Of a stretch of 64,000 bases of DNA, positions 1-9,518 are shown in pieces. The stretch lies in IMG/VR virus record IMGVR_UViG_3300025141_014349; one strand, 5' to 3'. Source of the stretch: an uncultured virus (IMG/VR IMGVR_UViG_3300025141_014349). Taxonomy: Duplodnaviria; Heunggongvirae; Uroviricota; Caudoviricetes. Both the position numbers and the translations under genes were made by a program. The notes beneath the pieces were generated by a model that searched no databases, was not told where the DNA came from, and saw only the letters and a program-made list of their open reading frames with translations. How positions within the stretch are numbered: the first letter of the stretch is position 1; the number at the start of each line of letters is the position of its first letter.

Positions 1-1
1 A

Positions 2-2614
2 ATTACTGATCCTAAAACCAAGAAATCTGAAAATATAATAGGCGGATCCAATTCATCTGCGGACAGCAAGACCATTACAATAACTAAACAATTTGGTAAT
101 ATTGCAGATTTGTCCACTTATAATGTGGGAGGGTATGATTACTTATCCCCCAGCATCAGACAAAGTATCGCAGAAGGTCCGGCACAAATTGGATTGAAGT
201 TTATTAATGGAAGAAGTTATCGTCAAAGGGCGCAATCAGAAACGTTAAGATATTTTTTGACCACTACTCCCAATATTAGCAAAGGGATGACTGGGGGCAA
301 CCCCCCTCAAAGTTGGTCAGGCGGCGACAGCGCACAAAGCAATTCTCTAACTTTTTTTGCACCATCCATTGTGAAAGTTGATGGATTGGTAGATATCTTA
401 AACGGGGATAATATCAGAAATAATGAAATGCTTCGAAAACTGGAAGCAAGAATGGCGCTCGCCACAACAGAGAAAGAGAAATCTTACGAGACACCATCGT
501 TTATGCGCACCACAACGTCCCAACTCAGAGCAAACACCTCCCCGGCCATCGCGTTGCAGGATCAGGTGGATTATTTTGCGACAAATTATAGTCTCATACC
601 CACCCCTCCCAAATCTATCACCTTGGCAGAGAGGGGAAATACGACCCCCGCCTTGCCGACTGAGGAGGAGGATTTCGATCCATCTCCGCTTGCCCTAACC
701 GACCCGTCGACCCATCCCGGCGCCCTTTACCAAGAAATGTTTCGTAGAGACGTAAGCAAATCTAAAGAAAAAGATGCTGCAATGTATTTCGGCTCCGGCG
801 AAGAGAACCAGATTAACTTGTTCAATCTCAACGATACGTCAAACTATCTCCAGCGCGCACCCAGGTCTTCGGTAATGAAATTACCTAATCAAATAAAAGC
901 GCTCTTTATGGCGGCAACTGGTAATTTTGCCGAGATTAAAACTCGCCCTTTCGTGAAACCAAACATATTTTTGGATCCTAGTCGAGGATCTGCCTCGACT
1001 ATGCAATATAAAATGCTTGTTAAAGTAGAATATTTGGGAGGGTTCTCCTCCAGCACGCTAACTTCTAAGAAGGCGTTGCTGATGAGTGCACCACAGTGGC
1101 TCCCCCTTACCTCCGGCGCGTTTTCAAAAATGGTAGGAAAAAAACTCCTGTGTCGTCTAAAGAAGTATGAAGTGGGCACATGGGGATTGACCAGACCAGC
1201 GCATATGGATCTTCCTATTTTTGATGAGTATTTTATTTTACAACCAGATGTCTCCTTTACGACCCCCCTCGGCGCAGAGGAAGACATTTCCTCAGAGAGT
1301 TTTTCAGATAATGATATTATTCCAGAGGGGTTTGGAGAGTTAGAAGATACCTTCGCAGGACTCAGGGAGTTCGGAAGGACCAATAGACCGAAGAAGGTGT
1401 ATCGACTTCGTTCAAGCAATTTTAAGAATATCATATCTAAACTAAGAGACTCCAAAGAAACCATTCACAGTGATGTGGTAGCGGATGCTTTCAACTTCAA
1501 TCGTATTGCGGTCGATGCTCACGGAAAGCGTATGTTTGTGGGAAGCGGGAAGATTCCAAAAAATAGTGCAATCGCTAAGAGAATTTCATCTCTTCCAAAA
1601 GATAAAGCTAATCCTTCTTTGTTGGAGGCGATCAAGGGAGGAAAGGGTTCTTCACGAATGGAATTGAAAAGTAATTTTCAAAGTTTTGAATTTGTAGGAC
1701 GACTTCCTCAGTTGAGGGAAAAGTTGGTAGAACTTAGAACTCAATCGAATATCATGAAGCAAAGGAAAGAAACCTTGCAGCAAAGATTAAAAAATTTCAA
1801 CGAGAAGAAGGGGGTGGAATCTAAGAACCTAAGTTCTGTTCGCCCAACTCAAAAAAATAAGAACTCAAGAGACGCTCTTCTAACGAGGATGGGCAAGTAT
1901 GATAATATAATAGACAAGATGACCACTCGCATGAATGGGAGCAACCGCGAGATGAAAAAGTTAGATCGCGAAGAACGAGACACGGTTGCTGCCATAAAAA
2001 AAGAAATGGGCAGTCTCCAAACGAAAATCATTCAAGGAAGAACTGGAGGAGAAAAACAAACGAAGGGGGTGAAACAAACCCACAAAACTGAAAATCCATA
2101 TAGTTCTACTAAAAATTTGCAGGCATCCATTGATATAGAATTAGATAGGATATCTGCTAACGAAGTTTTTGTTCAAAGCAAGGACATCGAAAAAATATCT
2201 AAATACAAAAGTCACATGTCGGATAGCGACGCACAGGAGTTTAGTCTTTTGGTTGACGGACTAAAGGAGTACTCAAAGGGCGAAGATTTTTCAAACAGAA
2301 TGATTGACGAGGATCACCGTGTCGTAGGAAGCGTTTCCACTTTGGTGGACAAAACGAAACCGGATTCGTGGTCATCACCCCCTCAGGATCTATTTAGTAG
2401 TGTTGAGAGGAAAGATTTCAATTATCAGTTTGCTCTGCAAGAGGTTGCATCTATCAGAGATGCTCTAAAGAATTCTGGCGCCCCAGAGATGTATATCAAG
2501 CAGACTTCCATTGATTTGGCGAAAAAGATTGTGGGGAGAAGCAGGTTGGGCACCGAAACTCAAGCGCTTGCTATTGAATCAATTATTAGTGAAATTTTTT
2601 CGGATACGGATTAA
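2..2614 (+). CDS. Large hypothetical protein, 5'-truncated by the window; possibly virion-associated, with a coiled-coil C-terminal half
   Basis: Frame is open from position 2 through the TTG at 110 to TAA at 2614; no recognisable motif. Confidence 0.6.
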   Translation: MTDPKTKKSENIIGGSNSSADSKTITITKQFGNIADLSTYNVGGYDYLSPSIRQSIAEGPAQIGLKFINGRSYRQRAQSETLRYFLTTTPNISKGMTGGNPPQSWSGGDSAQSNSLTFFAPSIVKVDGLVDILNGDNIRNNEMLRKLEARMALATTEKEKSYETPSFMRTTTSQLRANTSPAIALQDQVDYFATNYSLIPTPPKSITLAERGNTTPALPTEEEDFDPSPLALTDPSTHPGALYQEMFRRDVSKSKEKDAAMYFGSGEENQINLFNLNDTSNYLQRAPRSSVMKLPNQIKALFMAATGNFAEIKTRPFVKPNIFLDPSRGSASTMQYKMLVKVEYLGGFSSSTLTSKKALLMSAPQWLPLTSGAFSKMVGKKLLCRLKKYEVGTWGLTRPAHMDLPIFDEYFILQPDVSFTTPLGAEEDISSESFSDNDIIPEGFGELEDTFAGLREFGRTNRPKKVYRLRSSNFKNIISKLRDSKETIHSDVVADAFNFNRIAVDAHGKRMFVGSGKIPKNSAIAKRISSLPKDKANPSLLEAIKGGKGSSRMELKSNFQSFEFVGRLPQLREKLVELRTQSNIMKQRKETLQQRLKNFNEKKGVESKNLSSVRPTQKNKNSRDALLTRMGKYDNIIDKMTTRMNGSNREMKKLDREERDTVAAIKKEMGSLQTKIIQGRTGGEKQTKGVKQTHKTENPYSSTKNLQASIDIELDRISANEVFVQSKDIEKISKYKSHMSDSDAQEFSLLVDGLKEYSKGEDFSNRMIDEDHRVVGSVSTLVDKTKPDSWSSPPQDLFSSVERKDFNYQFALQEVASIRDALKNSGAPEMYIKQTSIDLAKKIVGRSRLGTETQALAIESIISEIFSDTD

Positions 2615-2617
2615 GGA

Positions 2618-4927
2618 ATGAAGAGTATAAAGAAATCATTTGGCAGAGATGCTTTTTATGTGAATGGGGAATTGGTAGGATCCGAATCGACCTTTGTGGC
2701 GGATACTCTAAGAAATACTCTAGGAAAATTCTTCATCGTCGGTGCAGACAAGACCCTTCGATACCACGAGCAGATCTATCCTCCTATTGAATTTTCCTCT
2801 CGCACTAATTTTTCGAATGTAACCAAAAAAAATTCCCTAAGGGTACAATTCGCCTCCCAAATAAAAAATTTTGAAGATGAATTTGACGCCCTAGCGTCTG
2901 TGACCAACACTTCGGAGACTTTTTATGACTATTGCTTTAGGAAAGATTTGCCCATAAAGCATTCTCTCTTGGAGAGAATGAATAAGGTGGGCACTACCGA
3001 ACATGTGGACGCGGATTCGCACTACAATTTCTTAGTAAAACCGTACGAACTTCTTCTTTCCAAGAACGAATCAATCCCGGAAAATATTTTACCCAACTTT
3101 TACAGTTTATATGCTCAGGGAGTTTTTGATCAAAAGAATGTAGTAAATTTGAATTCGTTGCGCGGCAACTATAAAAAGAAAATTAGTGAAGATTTTTTGA
3201 CAGTCTTTAAGCGAGATAATGAAAATGTGAAAAGTAGGTATGCTATGTATTTTACGAAGTTTGCCGAAGTTTCTAAAAATTTGCTTTCCAACCTGACTCC
3301 GACACGGACTCGGGACATGGGAACTTCTCTCTTTTCAAGTTTGTCATCAGAATATGATACTTATATTTTTAGTGATTCCAGTCTTCCCCTCCTTACAACT
3401 GAAGCGATTAAGGGGGAAATGTTTCCAATGCATAACGAGATCAGATTTTCTACTGATCGAAATACTGCATTTGCCAACATTTTGCGGGAATTGAAAATTG
3501 AGGGAGAATTGATAAAAGAGGTGATAGGCGCCTCCGACCCGATACGCCAGAGATTCGGAAGAAGCATTGAGGAGTACACCCCCTCTAATATTCCCAGCGT
3601 CCCCCCATCCTCAGTGAGCACATACGGAACATCTAATTTAAAAATGTGGGATATAAAGGAGTGGATTACCAAAAAGATTTTTAGGAATGAGACAACCAAG
3701 GGAGTGTTTCTGGGGTCTGTTCAAGAGGAGAGCGGCGAGGCGAATAAGAGTTTGCAGGAGATTCTCACTAAACTATTGCTGAGTACCAAAATCAATAGAT
3801 TTTCCCAGAATAATTTTAGAAGTTTGCAAGAGTTGTTTGATGGGACTCCATCTTATTCTGAAGTGGTTTTTTATAAAATAACTAAAGTTGCTCAAAGCAA
3901 TCCCGGAGTTCCGATTACCACCTATTATATTCCTAATTCAAGTGCCTTGGATGTGTGCCGATTTATTGACACCCAAGTGAAGTATGGAAAGAAATATGAT
4001 TATAAAATAACTTCCTACACCCTCGTGGTCGGATCTAAGTACACTTATAGTTCTATAAATAAAGTAAACAATAGTACATTAGAATTTGATGTGGGGACCG
4101 TCCCCAGCATGAAGTTGATCGAAGTGCCATTCCACGATGTCAAGGGGTTGATGGTATTAGATTCTCCACCGATGCCTCCAGAATCTACAATTATTCCCTT
4201 AAAGGGAATCAATAATCGGGTTATAATAAACTTGAATGGAACAACGGGAAATCGTGTACTGGATCCAATAAAGATTGAACCAACCGATCAAGAGAAAATT
4301 GATTTGCAAAAAACGACTCAGAGGAGAGGCGATAACAAACTAAGATTTCGATCCGACGATGCGCCTGCTCTGTTTGAGGTCTTCAGAACTACGAAGAGAC
4401 CTGCTTCTTATGCGGACTTTCAAGGAACGAAATCAGCGGAAATTTCTACTGGAAATGTGGCCACCGCGGCCGCATACAAGGATACTATAGAACCCAACAC
4501 TAAGTATTATTATGCATTTAGGACAATAGATATCCACGGCAACATTTCTAACCCCTCTGCTGTCTATGAAATTGAAATGATAAGTGATCGCGGATTACCG
4601 TTCCTAGAGATTAGATCGCCTCAATTTGATGAGGGCGATCCTTATGAGAAAAGTAAGAAAGAGTTTTCCAAAACCATGAAAAGATACATCCAGGTTTTGC
4701 CCACCGTCCCCCAGGGACTTTTGAATGTCGCTGATTCTAATTTGCTGGTGAACGCAGATGGTGAACCAATCGAGACAGTCAAGGGAGTGCAGTCTGTAGT
4801 GTTGGGAGTGGCGGATGAAAGATTGTGGGGTAAAAAATTTAGAATTAGGTTCACTTCGCAAAAGACAGGAAGAAAGATTGATTTAGATGTTAATTTTAGT
4901 GTGGAACATCAACTAAAGGAAAGTTAA
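2618..4927 (+). CDS. Hypothetical protein with Ig/FN3-like beta-sandwich segments, probably structural
   Basis: 769 aa; FN3-like motifs FIDTQVKYGKKYDYKI and YKDTIEPNTKYYYAFRTIDIHGNISNPS. Confidence 0.5.
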   Translation: MKSIKKSFGRDAFYVNGELVGSESTFVADTLRNTLGKFFIVGADKTLRYHEQIYPPIEFSSRTNFSNVTKKNSLRVQFASQIKNFEDEFDALASVTNTSETFYDYCFRKDLPIKHSLLERMNKVGTTEHVDADSHYNFLVKPYELLLSKNESIPENILPNFYSLYAQGVFDQKNVVNLNSLRGNYKKKISEDFLTVFKRDNENVKSRYAMYFTKFAEVSKNLLSNLTPTRTRDMGTSLFSSLSSEYDTYIFSDSSLPLLTTEAIKGEMFPMHNEIRFSTDRNTAFANILRELKIEGELIKEVIGASDPIRQRFGRSIEEYTPSNIPSVPPSSVSTYGTSNLKMWDIKEWITKKIFRNETTKGVFLGSVQEESGEANKSLQEILTKLLLSTKINRFSQNNFRSLQELFDGTPSYSEVVFYKITKVAQSNPGVPITTYYIPNSSALDVCRFIDTQVKYGKKYDYKITSYTLVVGSKYTYSSINKVNNSTLEFDVGTVPSMKLIEVPFHDVKGLMVLDSPPMPPESTIIPLKGINNRVIINLNGTTGNRVLDPIKIEPTDQEKIDLQKTTQRRGDNKLRFRSDDAPALFEVFRTTKRPASYADFQGTKSAEISTGNVATAAAYKDTIEPNTKYYYAFRTIDIHGNISNPSAVYEIEMISDRGLPFLEIRSPQFDEGDPYEKSKKEFSKTMKRYIQVLPTVPQGLLNVADSNLLVNADGEPIETVKGVQSVVLGVADERLWGKKFRIRFTSQKTGRKIDLDVNFSVEHQLKES

Positions 4928-4928
4928 T

Positions 4929-4936
4929 ACTAATTA
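4929..4936 (+). promoter_or_regulatory. Putative late promoter motif (ACTAATTA)
   Basis: In the short gap before AGGAG and ATG 4956; the motif recurs before structural genes. Confidence 0.5.
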
Positions 4937-4955
4937 TTGTGATAGGAGAGTTATT

Positions 4956-5864
4956 ATGGCATTTTTAGACAATTCGGGAGACATCATTTTGGATGCCGTC
5001 CTTACAGATACAGGCAGATTGCGCTTGGCAAGAGGAGACGGATCATTTCGTATTGCAAAGTTTTCTCTTGGCGATGACGAGATAGATTACGGAAAGTATG
5101 ATAAGAACAATGCAAGCGGGAGTGCTTACTATGATTTAGACATTTTGAAAACTCCTATTTTAGAGGCATTTACAAATAATACGTCGAATATGAAATCAAA
5201 ATTAATTTCTATTGCGCGTACTAATTTACTATATTTGCCAGTTATTGAACTCAACACTTTAAATTCCAACAATGAGACTTATTCTACCTTCAACATGTTT
5301 TTGGTCACGGTGGACAATGCGACATCCCTTCAATTGGAGTCCGATAGTGTTAACTCTGGCATTTTGAACGGCAACAATGTAACCAATTCTGATTCATATA
5401 TACGCCTAGACCAGGGACTAGATACTACAAAATTGTCTGCCACCAATCCTATTGATGCGGATTTGAAGGAGACACAATATATTATTGAAATGGATAATCG
5501 TTTCGGAAGAATGTCTTCCACAACTGGCGTACAGGCAGATGTAAGTTTTGTTGATGACGATAATATTGCGAGTTATTTTCTCTCTCAAGGCGCCTCATCG
5601 GGGTTTGTTGCCGACTTGCCAACCGATGGTGGCAAAGAAAAGAACACCCGGCAGGCAATCGCTGGACCAAGGGGCACCAAGCTCATGTTTAAAGTCAAGT
5701 CATCTGTAGACTTGGAGGGGAGCACTTTCCTCTTTACACAACTAGGATCTACCATGGTCATTGGCAGCACCACTTATCGGACGATTGATTCGACAATCAA
5801 AGTGACGGGCGCGACTACGGGATATAGAATTGATGTTCCTGTGAGATACATCAAGAAGGTCTAA
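4956..5864 (+). CDS. Putative baseplate/tail-associated structural protein
   Basis: N-terminal AVLTDTGRLRLA...FRIAKFSLGDDEIDY resembles the start of tail-fibre collar domains; AGGAG SD. Confidence 0.5.
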   Translation: MAFLDNSGDIILDAVLTDTGRLRLARGDGSFRIAKFSLGDDEIDYGKYDKNNASGSAYYDLDILKTPILEAFTNNTSNMKSKLISIARTNLLYLPVIELNTLNSNNETYSTFNMFLVTVDNATSLQLESDSVNSGILNGNNVTNSDSYIRLDQGLDTTKLSATNPIDADLKETQYIIEMDNRFGRMSSTTGVQADVSFVDDDNIASYFLSQGASSGFVADLPTDGGKEKNTRQAIAGPRGTKLMFKVKSSVDLEGSTFLFTQLGSTMVIGSTTYRTIDSTIKVTGATTGYRIDVPVRYIKKV

Positions 5865-5885
5865 ATACTAGAACGAGGTTAGAGA

Positions 5886-6929
5886 ATGGCTACAATTTAT
5901 AAAACTTTTTTGAATAACGATGTCGCTTCCACAAGAACACTCTTGCACGAGGCGGTTCCCATTACGGGTTCAATTGTTTCTGGAACATATTCAGATGCTA
6001 ATATTAAAACATTTACTGCGGATTTATTTGAATCAGTTTATGATTATCCATATTTGAGTTCATCTGCAAATCATATTTTTGATATTACTGCGGGTTATGC
6101 TTCGAACTCTTCATTGTCTGCTTCTGCTGTGGCAAACAGCGTGTCTGCCGCAGACATAAAAAGCAAGATCAACATGTACAATGAAATGGCACAGGTTCTG
6201 ATGGGACACGATCTTACTGGTTCGATACTCCAATTTGATCAGGACGGGGATCTTGGCGCCGGCGGAACTAAACTTAAAGAAATTTATGTTCTCAATTTTG
6301 CTAGACTGGTAACCAAAGATGAGATAAAAAAAGGATCTTTTAGTTTGTCGCTTGCCAAGGGAGCTACCCACTCTACGATTGATTTTACCGACGTTCTCAA
6401 TATAACCGACTACAATGCAGATAACGATTTCAGAGTCAACTCTCCAGTTGGGGAGTATGGTGTTCTTTACACTTCTTCGGTGGCCATCAACACAGGTTCG
6501 GGCGTCGGATTGCTTTACTATCAGGCGGGCATGTGTGTTTTGACCGCCTCAGTTTTTGCAGGCGCCGAAATGAATGTAGGAGGGGAAAATGTCGCTGCTC
6601 TTTTGAGTGGTTCGGGCATTACTACCAATGCAAATGAATTGCGCCGCCGTTTTGCCAACGTTGACTTTAACAACACTACGGAACTCAACTCTACTGTTTA
6701 TTTTTGCCGAGCAAATCATAATGAATTCAACTACAGCGCTAATCCAACTTATCTAAGTTCAAGTCAGATTGTGGTTAAACAAGAAACAACAGATGCCCCA
6801 GTTGCTTATATGACAAGCGTAGGACTTTACTCAGCGGATAATGAATTACTGGGAGTAGCAAAACTTTCGGAACCTCTTAAGAAGGATCCAAATAATGAAC
6901 TTATTTTACGGGTGAGATTAGATTATTAA
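5886..6929 (+). CDS. Putative baseplate/tail-associated structural protein
   Basis: Ser/Thr/Gly-rich; C-terminal YMTSVGLYSADNELLGVAKLSEPLKKD, paralogous to the next ORF. Confidence 0.5.
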   Translation: MATIYKTFLNNDVASTRTLLHEAVPITGSIVSGTYSDANIKTFTADLFESVYDYPYLSSSANHIFDITAGYASNSSLSASAVANSVSAADIKSKINMYNEMAQVLMGHDLTGSILQFDQDGDLGAGGTKLKEIYVLNFARLVTKDEIKKGSFSLSLAKGATHSTIDFTDVLNITDYNADNDFRVNSPVGEYGVLYTSSVAINTGSGVGLLYYQAGMCVLTASVFAGAEMNVGGENVAALLSGSGITTNANELRRRFANVDFNNTTELNSTVYFCRANHNEFNYSANPTYLSSSQIVVKQETTDAPVAYMTSVGLYSADNELLGVAKLSEPLKKDPNNELILRVRLDY

Positions 6930-6940
6930 AAAATGCAACT

Positions 6941-8074
6941 ATGTCATTGTATAAATTCGAATCAGAAGATATTCTCATCAATCGGATAAAAGCGTATCCT
7001 ACCGTAAAATTTGTTATACACACAAGTTCAGTACATTACAATAACGAAGTAAATAAGTTCGGCACTCCGAATGGAAATATTTCTCTTAATGAACTGGGAA
7101 CGCTGAAAGCTTTTGGTTCGGATTATTATTCTTTTATAACTAAAGATAGTTCAAGGATAGGATGGAAAACTATTTCTGTAGGCGCATTCAATTCTCTTAA
7201 TTACGGAGATGTGATGACATCTTCGCTACCCCTCACCGCGTCCATTCAGAGTCAGTACTTTCCTGCCGATGACCCTCGTCCGCATGTCGATGCCCTAAGA
7301 AATGTTTCTAATTCGTATACGACCCTAAGCAATCATTATGCCTTCTCTTCTTCGTTGGGCAACAAGGGAACGCAAATCGCGCGATTATTTAGTTTTCCAT
7401 CTATATTTTATGGGTCAGCGATTCAACAGGGAAGCGTTGATCTAAAGTTCTATGTGACGGGAACTTTGATTGGAGAACTGCAAGACAAATATAGGAATGG
7501 CAACCTAGTTCAAGTAGGTCCGCCAGGTAGCGAGGGATCCGGCAGCGTGGCAGGTGTTGTTTATTATAATGAAGGATTTTTCCTGCTGACTGGCAGTTGG
7601 GACATCACCACAGAATCTACTGATAACTATGAAGGTTCAAATTATCCCCGGTGGGTTGATTTTGGATGCCCAGAGGATGGGTTGGGAAACTTTACTCACG
7701 ATTCGAGTTACGAAATAGAGATGAATGGTACTCAATATATCCCTGTTATTACTATGCTCGCTCACGCCGACAAGGCGCGCCTGAATCACTCTAATAATCC
7801 TACTTATATTTCTTATGGGCAGACACTGAATTCTTCTAATCCCTATAAGGCGGACACTGGGTCTTTGGGATTTTATGAAAAAACAGATTTAACTATTAAA
7901 AATGTTGCTAAATACCCTTATACTACTACAGGGTCTTTTAGAAAAGAGACTTATATTTCTAAGATAGGAATATATGATGATCAGAAGAACTTGATTGGGA
8001 TCGCCAAACTCGCTACTCCGACAAGGAAACGAGAAAACGATCAGTTTACATTTAAGTTGAAAATGGATATATAA
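6941..8074 (+). CDS. Putative baseplate/tail-associated structural protein, paralog of 5886..6929
   Basis: Shared NxSxNPTY and YISKIGIYDDQKNLIGIAKLATPTRKR C-terminal motifs. Confidence 0.5.
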   Translation: MSLYKFESEDILINRIKAYPTVKFVIHTSSVHYNNEVNKFGTPNGNISLNELGTLKAFGSDYYSFITKDSSRIGWKTISVGAFNSLNYGDVMTSSLPLTASIQSQYFPADDPRPHVDALRNVSNSYTTLSNHYAFSSSLGNKGTQIARLFSFPSIFYGSAIQQGSVDLKFYVTGTLIGELQDKYRNGNLVQVGPPGSEGSGSVAGVVYYNEGFFLLTGSWDITTESTDNYEGSNYPRWVDFGCPEDGLGNFTHDSSYEIEMNGTQYIPVITMLAHADKARLNHSNNPTYISYGQTLNSSNPYKADTGSLGFYEKTDLTIKNVAKYPYTTTGSFRKETYISKIGIYDDQKNLIGIAKLATPTRKRENDQFTFKLKMDI

Positions 8075-8595
8075 TGATTTTAGGACTTGATTTGTCTACT
8101 AGCATTATCGGAATGTGCATAGTAGATAAGGGTGGAAATATTTTTCATCAAGAATATATTGACTTGAGAAAGGAAAAAAGTTTCTTTGATAAGATATCTC
8201 TGGCGAAAGATAAGATACTTTCTGTCATAAGAACTAACCGGGTGCACGATGTGTGGGTAGAGCAGTCACTTCAGGCATTCCGCCCAGGATTCAGTTCTGC
8301 AAAAACTCTCTTGACATTATCTAAATTTAGTGGTATAATGGAATGGGTCATCTATGAAGGCACTGAAATCGTGCCCCAATATGTGGGAGCATCTGCTGCG
8401 CGAAAGATTTGCGGCATTTCAGTCCCGCGCGGAGAAAAGGCAAAAAGCGTAGTGATGCGCTTTTTACTTGACAAGGAACCTGCTTTTGTGGTAGAATATA
8501 CCAAGTACGGAAATGTTAAAAAGCACTTTTACGACATTGCGGATGCAATAATAGTCGCGAAAGCAGGTTATATATGTCTACAGAAGAAAAATTAG
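8074..8595 (+). CDS. ruvC: RuvC-like Holliday junction resolvase
   Basis: MILGLDLSTSIIG, VWVEQ and DIADAIIVA catalytic motifs. Confidence 0.85.
   Translation: MILGLDLSTSIIGMCIVDKGGNIFHQEYIDLRKEKSFFDKISLAKDKILSVIRTNRVHDVWVEQSLQAFRPGFSSAKTLLTLSKFSGIMEWVIYEGTEIVPQYVGASAARKICGISVPRGEKAKSVVMRFLLDKEPAFVVEYTKYGNVKKHFYDIADAIIVAKAGYICLQKKN
8311..8339 (+). promoter_or_regulatory. Sigma70-type promoter inside ruvC
   Basis: Perfect TTGACA-N17-TATAAT with extended -10 TG. Confidence 0.7.
8468..8497 (+). promoter_or_regulatory. Second sigma70-type promoter inside ruvC
   Basis: TTGACA-N18-TAGAAT with extended -10 TG, about 75 nt before the primase ATG. Confidence 0.55.
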
Positions 8596-9518
8596 ATATT
8601 TTAAAAAGTTTTTTGAGTCTCTCCCATATTAGCAGGGATGAGTGTTTATTTTATTGCCCTCATTGCGAACATCACAAACCTAAATTATCTATTAATTTAG
8701 AGAAGAATGTTTACAAGTGTTGGGTTTGTGACGCAAAAGGAAAGACCATATGGAGACTTGTAAGGAAGTTTGGAGATGCGACAGATAAGAGAAAATGGAA
8801 ATCTCTTGAAGATGAAGTGGATATTGGAGATTCTTTATATGAGAAGATTTTTGGAACTCCCGAGGAACCTGTTGTTTCGATTGAGTTGCCAAAGGAATTT
8901 ATATCTCTCACCAATAGAGATTTGTTGGTGGGGGGAAAGAGAGCAAAAAAGTATTTGCTAGATAGAGGATTGACGATAAGAGACATTGCACGATGGAAGA
9001 TTGGATACTGTGCACTTGGAGAATATAAAGATAGAATTATTTTCCCATCCTTTAGCGAAGATGGGAAACTCAATTACTTTGTTGCGCGCAGTTATACGGA
9101 TGATTGGATGAGATATAAAAATCCAATGGTGAGTAGGAATATTATTTTTAATGAATTGAATGTGGACTGGAAGGAGAGAGTATGCTTGGTAGAGGGAATA
9201 TTTGATGCTGTAAAGGCAGGGATTAATTCTATTCCACTATTGGGGTCTACTTTGAGTGAGAGCAGCAATCTCTTCCAAAAGATTATAGAAAATGATACTG
9301 TGGTCTATTTGGCACTAGACTCAGACGCAGAGAGGAAAAGTGCGGAGATAATTAAAACTTTTCTTTCTCATGGAATAGAGATTTATAAAGTGAATGTGAA
9401 TGAGTATGAAGATGTGGGATCAATGAGCAAGGAGATCTTTTTTAGGAGATTCAAGCAAGCGAGACAAATCACATCCGAGGTTCATTTTCAGGACAGTATC
9501 AGAAAGAGCGGGATTTAA
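8574..9518 (+). CDS. DNA primase (zinc-binding domain plus TOPRIM)
   Basis: CPHCEHH...KCWVC zinc finger; DRIIFP; LVEGIFDA; LALDSDA. Confidence 0.9.
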   Translation: MSTEEKLDILKSFLSLSHISRDECLFYCPHCEHHKPKLSINLEKNVYKCWVCDAKGKTIWRLVRKFGDATDKRKWKSLEDEVDIGDSLYEKIFGTPEEPVVSIELPKEFISLTNRDLLVGGKRAKKYLLDRGLTIRDIARWKIGYCALGEYKDRIIFPSFSEDGKLNYFVARSYTDDWMRYKNPMVSRNIIFNELNVDWKERVCLVEGIFDAVKAGINSIPLLGSTLSESSNLFQKIIENDTVVYLALDSDAERKSAEIIKTFLSHGIEIYKVNVNEYEDVGSMSKEIFFRRFKQARQITSEVHFQDSIRKSGI

